A DNA stretch of 54,890 bases, from IMG/VR virus record IMGVR_UViG_3300013127_000001; one strand, given 5' to 3'. A program made the position numbers and the translations under genes. Below are positions 9,693 to 19,273 of this stretch, piece after piece. Each line of letters opens with the position of its first letter. Position 1 is the first letter of the stretch. The stretch comes from an uncultured virus (IMG/VR IMGVR_UViG_3300013127_000001) (taxonomy: Duplodnaviria; Heunggongvirae; Uroviricota; Caudoviricetes). The notes beneath the pieces were generated by a model. It worked only from the letters and a program-made list of their open reading frames with translations, ran no database searches and was not told where the DNA came from.

Positions 9693-12614
9693 TTACCCGC
9701 CACCAAATTGCTGTTGTTGCAGCATCGCTCCGCCTTGAGTTCGCATTTGACTGCGAATCTCGTCCATCTTTGCTCGAGTAATAGAGTGCAAAGTTGGATT
9801 GAACTGCTTGAGCTTGCGTAATTCTGAGTCTTTTACCCCTTCAGGCAAACCAAGCAATTCATTTGCCAGTTGTTCTGCTGCGGATTGCAAATCATTTGGT
9901 GTAACCATGGCGTTCGGGCCCATGGATTGAATGTAGTTAGATACTGGCGACTGCGATGGCATACCCGCAGCAGCTGGATCTCCGCCTGCTGGAGCACCAC
10001 CAGCAGGTGCGCCACCCGCACCACCTGCCGCAGCATTTGGATCGCCGCCCGCAGGAGGAGCCATTGGATTAACACCCTTAGCAATTTGTTGAGCAAACCC
10101 AGCTTGCTCCATTTCTTCTTGTTGCCTTGCTTGCATTTCCTGTTGCTTACGAGCTTCGTCAGCAATACGTTTTTGTTCTGTTTCCCAGTCGTAGCCAATT
10201 GCAGCAAGACCAGAAGTACCTGAAAGCTGTTGACCCATCATGAGCTGCAAAGCAGACATTTGCTTCTGCATGTCGTCTGCGATGGTTACTCGCTTCAAAT
10301 TGCAGTCTATCAATTCCCAGGACATGATACGACTGATAGCGTTAACCATCCATTGCAAGAGCATGTTTGCATCAGTGACTAATTGCCGGTGTGTGCTTTC
10401 AAACAGGCGCAAAGCAACAGGAGCAGCTTGAATAGCCAAACTTCCGTTGTAAAACTCAACTGGAGCGCCAGATTCATTCAATAATGTTTCGTACCCTTGC
10501 TGGATCATTTCAGTTGGTGCAAGCTGTTTTGCGTCACCGCCCAGCATTTGGTAATTCACCGGAAACGGCAGCATTTGCCAAGAAGCAGGATCACGACGTC
10601 TACGGTTAAGCATGCCTCGCACTTGAGATCTGAAATCACCTGCGGCGTAAATGCTCATTGGATCGTTTGTCGCGATACCGCCTGCACTTGTACCTCCACT
10701 AGTACCTGGCGTAATCAAGCGGAACGGAACAATGTAGTCCAGCGCAATGGCTTCGTTATATCTGCGAAGCACTTGTACATACCAGATTTGTCGGTAATTA
10801 ACTATGCTTCTGGGAATACCCCATCCCATGTTACGAATACCGGCTAAAGTTGGCTCTTTCATATGAAAGAGCGCTTCTTTATTAAAACGAAACAACTTGT
10901 TATGTCGAATCGCCTCAAGAACTTGTTTACTAGCTCGCTCAAGGTGAAAGAGATTGCCTTCTTTAACCATTCGCTTGTAATACTCAGGAATGCGCCAAAG
11001 ATAAGCGACTTCGTCTGTGTATGGATCGTGCAGTAGCTCAATCTCGTGCGGATTCCAACGCTTCAAGATTAAGTGATCTGACTCTTCTCGTGGTTTGTCA
11101 ATTAACTGCCACGGACCACGCCAACCTGTTTTTGGACAAGTTGCGACAAACTCAAATTGATCGTTGAACTTGAAATCAAAATTGTAGTAAACAACTTTGA
11201 GAGGATACATGTCGCCAGTTTTAGGGCATTGCAGGTATCTGCGAAACGGAACAACAACGCTGGCAAATGCGTTGCCATAGCAGTTCTTGGTCAGCACGCC
11301 CTGGTCGATGACGAAGGTGTGCGTCTCCATCTCCTGGCAGCAGAACACCTCGTCGACCAGCCCGGTCTCGGTCACGCCTCGCACCGCCACGTAGCGGCCG
11401 TAGCTGCTTTCAGGGTTCCACTCGGCGCAGAAGTTGGCGCGGTGGTGCTCGAGCAGGAAGTCGTCGGGGGTCATGAACTGCTTGAGCAGTGTCATGAAGT
11501 GGATCGTGGTGTCGTAAATTCCAGAATTGGTGCGATTCTCGCCGTTGTACTTCCGCAGGTCGGTGATCCGGCGCTGGGCCCGGATCGGCCCAGCGGCCAT
11601 TCCGATCCGCGGCAGCTGGGCCTCGATGGCCTCGAGGGTGGTCCGCGTGATCTGGGTCAGCAGGGCACAGCCGTGCTGGTCGACGGTGCCGTCGGCGGCT
11701 AGGAATCCGGACACGAAGCCGTACCAGTAGCTGGCGCTGGCGTCGTTGGCAGGCAGCTGCTTGTAGTGCGCTGGCAGGCCGTCGATCACCACCCGGTTCT
11801 GCTCGGGCTGTGATAGTGGCTTATAGCCGTGCCCCTCGAAGTAAGGCAGCAGCTGGCTGTCCTTGTCGCCATAGAAGCAGGCGCAGCTGACCAGGGGCCG
11901 CTCGGAGCCACCCGGGCGGCTGGGGCTGCGCTGATGCAGGTAGCCGTCGCCAAAGGTGAAACCGTGGCGCACGCCCTCGTGGTAATCGGCGTCCTTGGCG
12001 GGGCGGGGGGCCACCGTGCGCTGGATCCGGTACCGGGGCTTGAGGTCTTTGGTCGCGACCGTGACCTCCTTGCCCGAGCAGTTGAGCGCGATCCACTCGT
12101 GCTCGGGGGTGGCCAACACGGTGCGGCCATCGGAGAACTCGACCTGGAGCAGCTCCTGTCGGCCAAACGACTTGAAGGTCGCCGGGCGATACACGCCGTC
12201 TCGCGAGAGAACATCGACGGTCTGCCCGACCAGCTCGCGAAGTTTGAACACACCGTCCCGTGTGGTTGTCTTCACGTCTCCATGAAAACACAATCGGTCA
12301 CGCATGACCTGCCCTAAGAAATTCAACGCATAAAGCTGTTCGTCTAGAAATTCTTTGTATTTCTTTTTTTCGTCGTCGCTGGCTTCGCCGCCTAACTCAA
12401 TATCAGTCAAAAAGTAACTAACAATTCGTTCCATTGCCATGCGGTAGGTACCTTGTACCTGCCAGATATACTCTGACCACCATAGTGCCGACCGCATGGT
12501 GGTCGGCATCTGCGTTGTTGCGTAATCATTAAAAGGGTCAGCGAATGCAGACTCAGAATAAGTTGTACCTGCCCCTCGATTGAAAAAAGGGCTCGAGGTT
12601 CCGTAGAGTGACAT
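9693..12614 (-). CDS. Portal protein interrupted by an intein
   Basis: The spliced extein reads MRDRL-CYGNAF, matching the portal D.L..GNA motif. Q/G/A/P-rich C-terminal tail; ~637 aa after splicing. Confidence 0.75.
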   Translation of the reverse strand: MSLYGTSSPFFNRGAGTTYSESAFADPFNDYATTQMPTTMRSALWWSEYIWQVQGTYRMAMERIVSYFLTDIELGGEASDDEKKKYKEFLDEQLYALNFLGQVMRDRLCFHGDVKTTTRDGVFKLRELVGQTVDVLSRDGVYRPATFKSFGRQELLQVEFSDGRTVLATPEHEWIALNCSGKEVTVATKDLKPRYRIQRTVAPRPAKDADYHEGVRHGFTFGDGYLHQRSPSRPGGSERPLVSCACFYGDKDSQLLPYFEGHGYKPLSQPEQNRVVIDGLPAHYKQLPANDASASYWYGFVSGFLAADGTVDQHGCALLTQITRTTLEAIEAQLPRIGMAAGPIRAQRRITDLRKYNGENRTNSGIYDTTIHFMTLLKQFMTPDDFLLEHHRANFCAEWNPESSYGRYVAVRGVTETGLVDEVFCCQEMETHTFVIDQGVLTKNCYGNAFASVVVPFRRYLQCPKTGDMYPLKVVYYNFDFKFNDQFEFVATCPKTGWRGPWQLIDKPREESDHLILKRWNPHEIELLHDPYTDEVAYLWRIPEYYKRMVKEGNLFHLERASKQVLEAIRHNKLFRFNKEALFHMKEPTLAGIRNMGWGIPRSIVNYRQIWYVQVLRRYNEAIALDYIVPFRLITPGTSGGTSAGGIATNDPMSIYAAGDFRSQVRGMLNRRRRDPASWQMLPFPVNYQMLGGDAKQLAPTEMIQQGYETLLNESGAPVEFYNGSLAIQAAPVALRLFESTHRQLVTDANMLLQWMVNAISRIMSWELIDCNLKRVTIADDMQKQMSALQLMMGQQLSGTSGLAAIGYDWETEQKRIADEARKQQEMQARQQEEMEQAGFAQQIAKGVNPMAPPAGGDPNAAAGGAGGAPAGGAPAGGDPAAAGMPSQSPVSNYIQSMGPNAMVTPNDLQSAAEQLANELLGLPEGVKDSELRKLKQFNPTLHSITRAKMDEIRSQMRTQGGAMLQQQQFGGG
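11283..12290 (-). mobile_element. Intein with LAGLIDADG homing endonuclease (336 aa)
   Basis: N-terminal CFHGD, block B ATPEHEW, GFTFGDG and GFLAADG endonuclease motifs, C-terminal HTFVIDQGVLTKN followed by Cys+1. Markedly GC-richer than the flanks. Confidence 0.95.
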
Positions 12615-12644
12615 TCACCAATCCTCCTTGACAATGCCGATGAA

Positions 12645-12866
12645 TTACTGCTGCACGCTTGCGTTTTTGACGCAATCAATTGCTTCTTTCATCAGGTCTT
12701 TGTCAATCGCGTCTGCGGTTTTCGTATCTTCAGGGAATGTAAATTCAAGTTGCTTAGGCTGGCTAGGAATGAAGCTACTTGCTTGTTTGACTTTTTTGCA
12801 ACCACAACCTTTTCCGCAAGAATTGGGAGTTTCGCTGCTGATTGCTCCGTTTTTTTCCATTGTCAC
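12645..12866 (-). CDS. Small hypothetical protein
   Basis: 73-aa ORF with KQAS motif, overlapping the upstream stop. Confidence 0.55.
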   Translation of the reverse strand: MTMEKNGAISSETPNSCGKGCGCKKVKQASSFIPSQPKQLEFTFPEDTKTADAIDKDLMKEAIDCVKNASVQQ

Positions 12867-13861
12867 GATTCATCTCCTTTGTGCAAAATCAAAATCACAA
12901 CATCTAAACAGCCTAGCGACCAATGCAAACCAAGTGAAGAACAACTGTAAGTTTGCTTGAGTTTTGGTATTGAAACCACGATTCGTTCTTCACCCAAATT
13001 GGGTGGTAGGTACTGAAACCCGTCAACAAATCGAGTGTCATAAACTAAGGCAAGGCAAGACTGTCCGGCAATCACGGCATGATACCGAGCTGCCATTGTA
13101 CCCATTCTAGACATCTCAAAATAGGTTTCATATTCCGGTCGAACCGCTTTCTCCCCCGACAAGAAAGGAATTTGCAGGCTAGCAAACTCATTAACTTTAG
13201 AAGTTTCTTCCACTAAAGGCTCTGCTCGCTTTTCTACTACGGGCATTGAAAGTTGATTAACTCGCTCAATTAAAGCGTTAATCAAATTCGTCTGTTGCGC
13301 CATTTGTTGGTCTCGCAACTGATTGTTTCGCGAATCAGCATATGTAGGTTCCCAATTAATCTGAGGCGGTGCTACTGGTGCAGAAAAGTATTGAGCTTTC
13401 AACTCTGCGGCTTTTTTGGCTTGTTCTGCAAGTAGACGATCAACTTCTTGCACTTGCGGTTGTTCCAGCATAGGGATAGCTGGCAGAGGCTGTAAGGGTA
13501 TTGGCTTTTCAGAGGTAGGTTTAGTCGATTCTGACATAATTTTTTCCTTTACAGGTGCAAGTTCCGGTTGATTCAAGCGACGACTAAACTCACGATAAAA
13601 AGAAGACACATCGTTGACAACTGACGATTTGCTTGCAGCTGCGTTAAACGTACTTTTGTGTTTTGCAATTTCCGACAAATCCAATTCAAAACCACCGCCT
13701 GCTTCACCGGGATCAACAACCACTTTTTGCGGCTTATTATGATCAAACCCAAGTGATTCTCCTTCTTTGCCTGCTCTTGGAATCATTGTTCCAGGCATGC
13801 CTCTATTGGGGAAGTACTTAGTAGGGTCAGGTGTATCTGCTCGAATTCCTTGGTCTGCCAT
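12863..13861 (-). CDS. Hypothetical protein
   Basis: 332-aa ORF with an AAAGGA RBS. Confidence 0.7.
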   Translation of the reverse strand: MADQGIRADTPDPTKYFPNRGMPGTMIPRAGKEGESLGFDHNKPQKVVVDPGEAGGGFELDLSEIAKHKSTFNAAASKSSVVNDVSSFYREFSRRLNQPELAPVKEKIMSESTKPTSEKPIPLQPLPAIPMLEQPQVQEVDRLLAEQAKKAAELKAQYFSAPVAPPQINWEPTYADSRNNQLRDQQMAQQTNLINALIERVNQLSMPVVEKRAEPLVEETSKVNEFASLQIPFLSGEKAVRPEYETYFEMSRMGTMAARYHAVIAGQSCLALVYDTRFVDGFQYLPPNLGEERIVVSIPKLKQTYSCSSLGLHWSLGCLDVVILILHKGDES

Positions 13862-13895
13862 ATGATTTCCTTTCGCTGATAGCTAAAAAAAAAGA

Positions 13896-14525
13896 CTAGG
13901 CTTCGTCCGGCGCTAGGCCGTCATCGTCATCATCAAAATCAGGATCAGCTGAAAACTCATCATCTTCTACATAACCTGGAGTGTAATAGGTAGGAGTTTC
14001 TAAGAAGGCAGGATCACCCACCCAACCTTGCTCTTCAATTTCAATGTTGTTGTCGAGCAAAGACTGCTCAATCAGTTGAAACTGTTCCCCTGTCAATGCA
14101 ACCATTTCGTTTGGTAAAAACAAACAACGATAACGTTTTCCTGCGTTAGTCGCTTGTACTTTACTAAACGGCAAGCGCACACCATAAAAAGCAACTAACG
14201 CAGTTTCTCTGCCTTCTGCCCGAGTCATAGCCGCTACTAATTCGTGTAACGTATCGAACTCATACGTCTTTGGAAATTCACCCTCAGCCATGTCACATAG
14301 GCACCAAACATGCTTGATTTCCTTCTGCCAACTAATCTCGTCCGCTTTAAGGTGATTTGCTCTGATAAGTTCTTGTACGTCGTCAGGCAAGCTACCCATA
14401 AGCTGCATGAACGCAACTCCGGAATCTTCTAAAGGTGGCTCGCTTGACTCAAGCTTATCAGCTAGACCTGGAACGGCCGTCTTAAAAGTTTCCCAAATAG
14501 CATTTCCTTTGCTTGAGCTACTCAT
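13896..14525 (-). CDS. Hypothetical protein with acidic C-terminus
   Basis: ORF; likely start MSSSSKG at 14525. Confidence 0.65.
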   Translation of the reverse strand: MSSSSKGNAIWETFKTAVPGLADKLESSEPPLEDSGVAFMQLMGSLPDDVQELIRANHLKADEISWQKEIKHVWCLCDMAEGEFPKTYEFDTLHELVAAMTRAEGRETALVAFYGVRLPFSKVQATNAGKRYRCLFLPNEMVALTGEQFQLIEQSLLDNNIEIEEQGWVGDPAFLETPTYYTPGYVEDDEFSADPDFDDDDDGLAPDEA

Positions 14526-14755
14526 GTGCTCCCCACTGCGTTTACGTAAGTCAAACACAGACCAACACCTTGATCACCCAACAACGTCAGAGTTCCAGGT
14601 ACAGCTATGATGGCTTTTGACTCTCTGACCCATTCATTGATTTGATAATCTAGTTCTTCAATGTTTGCCGCAATGAATGAGCGAAAGAGCACAACCTGAT
14701 CTGGTATCAAAAATTGCCTCAAAGAAGCTAGCGGAAATTCTGTAGGCCTGTTCAT
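14522..14755 (-). CDS. Small hypothetical protein
   Basis: 77-aa ORF with ATGA overlaps on both sides. Confidence 0.6.
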   Translation of the reverse strand: MNRPTEFPLASLRQFLIPDQVVLFRSFIAANIEELDYQINEWVRESKAIIAVPGTLTLLGDQGVGLCLTYVNAVGST

Positions 14756-15480
14756 TGTTTCCCTTTCTGATCGCTGACTTTTTGCTGATACTCCTCATCC
14801 TGTGTCTGCATCAAAATTTCTTTATAACGCTCGAACGCTTTATCCTGATTCAACTTATCGTCCCAGAACAACAGTTGACCTGCTCGAACGTGGATCGGAT
14901 CCGGCTTAAATTGAACCACACTTGGACAATGCGGTACAGCTTTTCTTGTGTCAAAAGCTATTTGCTTTGTGTTGGATAGTACAGCAAACACATTAATTGT
15001 CACTTTTGGATGTGTAGGCAGTAGCAGTCTTTGAACATCGTGCGTCAATGGATCCGGAACAACTAATTGCTGCAAGGCGTACTGATACAGCAGTTTGTTA
15101 GGAATGTCGAATTGAACAGTTTCAAGTATAGCATCAACAAGCTTAGACCACTGATCTTCTCTTGCCGCCCACAAAATATGATTCCATCCTGGGTCGCCAT
15201 TAACAGTAAAGCCACTAAAGATAGGCTTATCAAAACGATACCAAAAAATCTGGAGATCATGCTGTTGTACAGCATCTGCCAAATTTGTTTCTTGATATCG
15301 ACCCCAAATATAAAGCAGTGCAGGCGTGTACCAAACATAACCCGGAATGTCAGCAAGCTTACCGGCGTTCTGAAACTCAATTCGGTATTTAGATACACGA
15401 AAAGGCTTAAACGCGTAAAACTTGTCTTCCTTTAACTTTGGTAGCTTGTCATCTGCCACACTAGACTCCCTTAAAACCAA
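14752..15480 (-). CDS. Hypothetical protein
   Basis: 242-aa ORF in operon; start uncertain. Confidence 0.65.
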   Translation of the reverse strand: MVLRESSVADDKLPKLKEDKFYAFKPFRVSKYRIEFQNAGKLADIPGYVWYTPALLYIWGRYQETNLADAVQQHDLQIFWYRFDKPIFSGFTVNGDPGWNHILWAAREDQWSKLVDAILETVQFDIPNKLLYQYALQQLVVPDPLTHDVQRLLLPTHPKVTINVFAVLSNTKQIAFDTRKAVPHCPSVVQFKPDPIHVRAGQLLFWDDKLNQDKAFERYKEILMQTQDEEYQQKVSDQKGKQ

Positions 15481-16147
15481 GCTTGAAAGCCGTGGCTAGA
15501 AGTATGGCACTGTCTCGTTCAGCGCTGGAAGAAGAACTAAACCAACCGCGGATTAGTGCTTTATGTTTAGCAGCCTTATCTGGATCTTCCTGATTAGCTG
15601 CACAGCTAGTAATTAGTTCTCGCACAGTAGTGCTGGGAGGCAATTCATACCTTGGCGTTAATTGCCACAAGTCTACTGGCAAAGGTTGATCGTACACCGC
15701 ACAAGCTAGTGCCCAGTTATGCAAGAAAAGGTCTAAGTCAGGCATCCCAACAAACGTTACGCGAAATCGCTCTGAACGTCTAAGGTTACCGTTCCATTCA
15801 CCGTTACATGCGTTTAATAGCCAGTTTCGCGCGCCTACAGCAACCGGAAGTTTTTTCTCTCCCGGCAATCGGTTCGCTAACTTAAAAGACTGCACTTCAC
15901 CCAACGCAGGAACAACAAAACGAATACCTAGCAAATTAGCCGTCAGCGAATCGAAAATCATCTTTCGATTCGCTGTAGCTTTCAAATATTCAGAATACTC
16001 AGGCAAACAGTTTTCAAGCTTCAAAGCCAGCGCAAGAGCTTTGTCCTCTTCGACTTTGCTCTTCTCTACCTTTTTAAGCCACTCTTGCCTGGCGTTATCT
16101 GCCTGAGCTGCTTCACTGGTGTAGCACCAACTGACGTAAATATACAT
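15461..16147 (-). CDS. Hypothetical protein
   Basis: 228-aa ORF in operon. Confidence 0.65.
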   Translation of the reverse strand: MYIYVSWCYTSEAAQADNARQEWLKKVEKSKVEEDKALALALKLENCLPEYSEYLKATANRKMIFDSLTANLLGIRFVVPALGEVQSFKLANRLPGEKKLPVAVGARNWLLNACNGEWNGNLRRSERFRVTFVGMPDLDLFLHNWALACAVYDQPLPVDLWQLTPRYELPPSTTVRELITSCAANQEDPDKAAKHKALIRGWFSSSSSAERDSAILLATAFKLGFKGV

Positions 16148-16155
16148 TCGCCTGG

Positions 16156-17214
16156 TTACTCCACCACAATGCTAGTTTTTTTGTAACTGTGCAACTCTTC
16201 TGTAGAGATCGTAGCAGCCACATGTGCTCCTACGTGAATTGCCCACTGGTCAGGCACATCTGTTGGCACAGCAGAAACTCCGCGAAGCACATTATGCACT
16301 CTCAAAGTTTCAAACTCAGGCAAGTTCAACTCATTGGCTTTCAAAGGCCTATCTAGTGCCAAACCGCCAACCAGCAAAGCCCCAGCAGCATTTGTCCATT
16401 TCTTGAGTTTGAATTGTATTTCATTCGCCCGTGTTGTAACTGAGATGAATGACATACTCTTGTAAGCAGGTAGCAAATTAGGAACGAACAACACATCAAC
16501 AGGATTGCTTAATTGCGGAAGAATAAACCGTTCGTAAACCCGTTGAAATCCGTTGTTTGAATTTGCGCAATTTTGCCATTCGCCAACGGGAACATGAATC
16601 GTCTTTTCACTAGGCTCCTTTGGTGCGGATTCAACTAGCTCAACAATTTGCCGAATGTTGTCGCAATTGGCCACGTGTGCTTTTACCTGTGACATAACCC
16701 AAGCAAGCACATGACTCTCGCCAACCAACAGTACAGGCATTTGTCGTTGCAAAGGTGCTTCTGAAATTGACAACCCAAGATCAATTGGCGTCTCTACGCG
16801 AACCTTTTCTTGTGCTTCAAAAAGCTTGAGTCGTTCTTTGGCTTGATACTCTGAGTGTTTTACAACAACCTTTTGCATCCAAGGAAAAACCGTACTCGAC
16901 ATGCCTTGGAACAGTACATTTTCGTCAAAAGGTTGTTGTGCCTGCACCGCAGCTGCATTAACCAGAATCTCTTTCAGCATCATCTTGTTGTGATCGGTCA
17001 TTTCTGGAATGTCTTTGACCTTCCAATCGCCTTCACGTACCAGCCACTCAAGCTCATACATGCACATAGCGTAAAGCTGTCTTGCGGCTAACATGCTTGC
17101 CAGTAGTTGTGCGAAGTTAGAATTACCAGCTACAAGTTGGTTAGCCGCTGCTGCGACTTTTTCCATTTCCTGTTTAAGCTGATCTACTTCAGCGGTTGGC
17201 TCTGAATCACTCAT
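16156..17214 (-). CDS. Hypothetical protein
   Basis: 352-aa ORF with an AAAGGA RBS. Confidence 0.7.
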   Translation of the reverse strand: MSDSEPTAEVDQLKQEMEKVAAAANQLVAGNSNFAQLLASMLAARQLYAMCMYELEWLVREGDWKVKDIPEMTDHNKMMLKEILVNAAAVQAQQPFDENVLFQGMSSTVFPWMQKVVVKHSEYQAKERLKLFEAQEKVRVETPIDLGLSISEAPLQRQMPVLLVGESHVLAWVMSQVKAHVANCDNIRQIVELVESAPKEPSEKTIHVPVGEWQNCANSNNGFQRVYERFILPQLSNPVDVLFVPNLLPAYKSMSFISVTTRANEIQFKLKKWTNAAGALLVGGLALDRPLKANELNLPEFETLRVHNVLRGVSAVPTDVPDQWAIHVGAHVAATISTEELHSYKKTSIVVE

Positions 17215-17228
17215 GCCGATCCTTTCTA

Positions 17229-17240
17229 AATTCCGGAATT
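17229..17240. promoter_or_regulatory. Intergenic palindrome AATTCCGGAATT, copy 1
   Basis: Perfect 12-bp palindrome just upstream of a gene start; identical copies at 46083 and 50044. Confidence 0.55.
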
Positions 17241-17263
17241 GAAACGCACTGGATAGCGATTAC

Positions 17264-17731
17264 TTAATTGTAATCGTAAATCTCCACTGCTTTTTTCTTT
17301 TGCGCAACCTTTGGTGTCGTTAGTTTGTGCGTACACTTTACCAGATTTTGCACGCATTCTGCAAACTTTACGAGATCATTTAATCGTACCGTGACCAACC
17401 AGTCGGTTCGATTCTTACGATGAAACACCGCAGGAATTTTGCGTTCCTTGGAATCGCGAACAGCTTGAGAAATTGCTTTGTGGATATTTAGATTTTCCAC
17501 TCGCTTGCTTTCAACATGAATACCGTCTAAGCCTACGACGTCTTCGCCTTCCAAGCCACTGAACTGTTGCCCTCGCCGAGCTGCTGTACCAAACAGCCGA
17601 TTAAATTCACCTGCCAACTCTCGTTCACCAACCGCACCTTTGTCGCGAGAGTTGATTCGCTTTTTCTTGACCGGCTTATCATTAGTACAAGCCGCCGCCT
17701 TCTTTTTCTTCACAACCATTACAGCCCTCAC
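17264..17731 (-). CDS. PD-(D/E)xK Holliday junction resolvase-like protein
   Basis: NSRDKGAVGEREL...EDVV...HVESKR...HRKNRTDWLV pattern. Confidence 0.8.
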   Translation of the reverse strand: MRAVMVVKKKKAAACTNDKPVKKKRINSRDKGAVGERELAGEFNRLFGTAARRGQQFSGLEGEDVVGLDGIHVESKRVENLNIHKAISQAVRDSKERKIPAVFHRKNRTDWLVTVRLNDLVKFAECVQNLVKCTHKLTTPKVAQKKKAVEIYDYN

Positions 17732-18639
17732 ATCAGACGCTGACGTTTCAAAGGCTTCGGCGTCTGTTGCGAAGCACTCTGCCCGGTAACTGTAGAAGTG
17801 TTTTGCTTTTGCACAGGTACAAGGTTAGGTTTTACTTGATCGGCTTTGAACACGCGAGGCACTTCAGGTGCCGGAATTTCTCGCGGTGTTACCATTGAGC
17901 GGTATTCTTCCATTATTAAATGCAAACACAAGGCGTCAAAACCTGCATTGTGCAAATTAGAAGTATCCAAGTTGTGTTTTTTGATCAGATCGAAATGTTC
18001 CAAGATCAACTTAAGTGACCAGTGAACACCTCGTATCCTAGCACCACACACTCGATGAAAATACGCTTTCAACGTTTCAGTTCTAGTGGGCAATATGATT
18101 GCACGATAGTTAGTCAAATCACCGGTTTGTGCCTGCCAAATTTGATTGGCCTTGAAAATTGCTCCTGTATCAAAGTAACTGTTTGCCGGTATTTCAAAAG
18201 TCTTGTTCAAAAACCTATTCAAGTTTCCTCGAATCATAGGTTCATCAGCATTTGTGCCATTCTGCGCGACAAAGGGCAAACCTCGGTTTGCCCAAGTGTG
18301 AAACAACTTATGGTAAAACCGCAAAGCTTGAAGAGGATTGATTCCTTCTTTCTTCACAGTTTCAGGAAGCAATCTCCATTCTGGCCCTACAATGTGCCGC
18401 ATTTGATTGAGTTTGTAGTCCAACCAAGATGCAGGAACAATGTTCATTTCATACCAGTTCAACACAAGGTTGAACCGGTCGACTATTTTTCCATCCTCTA
18501 CCAGAACGTGACCAATTTCTACAATCAAGTCATCCCGCTCGCTTCGACCGGTAAATTCCGTGTCGAAGCATAAGTAAGACGGTGGAAAGTGATGACCATA
18601 CTTTGCAGTAAATTGATTATCCCACGCATTGATAATCAT
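17728..18639 (-). CDS. DEDDh 3'-5' exonuclease (DnaQ-like)
   Basis: FDTEFTG, AQNGTNAD, FDT and HNAGFD exonuclease motifs. Confidence 0.85.
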   Translation of the reverse strand: MIINAWDNQFTAKYGHHFPPSYLCFDTEFTGRSERDDLIVEIGHVLVEDGKIVDRFNLVLNWYEMNIVPASWLDYKLNQMRHIVGPEWRLLPETVKKEGINPLQALRFYHKLFHTWANRGLPFVAQNGTNADEPMIRGNLNRFLNKTFEIPANSYFDTGAIFKANQIWQAQTGDLTNYRAIILPTRTETLKAYFHRVCGARIRGVHWSLKLILEHFDLIKKHNLDTSNLHNAGFDALCLHLIMEEYRSMVTPREIPAPEVPRVFKADQVKPNLVPVQKQNTSTVTGQSASQQTPKPLKRQRLM

Positions 18640-18669
18640 TTCGCATCCTTACGTTTCTATTCCTTCCCT

Positions 18670-19138
18670 CCCTCAGTGAATCTAAGTTCTTATCTTCACT
18701 TCAGGTGTGTTCGTCTCGGCGGTCGGCCGATTGCGTCATTGCCCTCAATGAATCTAAGTTCTTATCTTCACTTCAGGTTCCGATCACGATGCAGGATTAC
18801 GTCGAGGCTCACAGCCCTCAGTGAATCTAAGTTCTTATCTTCACTTCAAATGTGCTCGTCTCAGCGATCGGCCGATCGCGTCATTGCCCTCAATGAATCT
18901 AAGTTCTTATCTTCACTTCAGGCTATCGTCGAGAAAGAGATGGATCTCGAGTATGGGCCCTCAGTGAATCTAAGTTCTTATCTTCACTTCAGGGTGTTCC
19001 ATTGTCATCGAACATGAGTTTTCCTCCGAGCCCTCAGTGAATCTAAGTTCTTATCTTCACTTCAGGATGGCTGAAAGGCCAAGCTGCGATCGATCACATC
19101 CTCCCTCAGTGAATCTAAGTTCTTATCTTCACTTCAGG
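18670..19138 (-). CRISPR. CRISPR array 1: 7 repeats, 6 spacers (35-37 nt)
   Basis: 36-nt repeat CCTGAAGTGAAGATAAGAACTTAGATTCA(C/T)TGAGGG (minus strand) with leftmost + coordinates 18670, 18742, 18815, 18887, 18958, 19031 and 19103. Confidence 0.97.
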
Positions 19139-19273
19139 GGCCATCAGGTTTGACCCTGAATATCCCTGACTTTTAATGGCATTCTGCGAGGGGTTAAATC
19201 ACTCAAAGTGTTTAACCCATCGCTGTCGGCCTAAAGGTGGCCATCTCTAAACGTATCTTAAGACACGTCTAGG
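19139..19273 (-). ncRNA. Structured scaffold (omegaRNA/tracrRNA-like), copy 1, overlapping the effector stop codon
   Basis: 135-nt sequence conserved in five copies, contiguous with the first repeat; its stems covary between copies. Confidence 0.75.

Noticed and set aside
11157..12317. Several long overlapping ORFs
   Set aside because: Stop-poor shadows of the GC-rich intein coding sequence.
17728..18639. DnaQ-like exonuclease as a dedicated CRISPR adaptation factor
   Set aside because: It is adjacent to array 1 but is a common phage replication gene coupled to the resolvase, and no Cas1/Cas2 partner is seen. The adjacency alone is insufficient.
18589..19017. 142-aa + strand ORF with repeated PSVNLSSYLHF
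   Set aside because: It is a translation of CRISPR array 1 repeats, not a gene.
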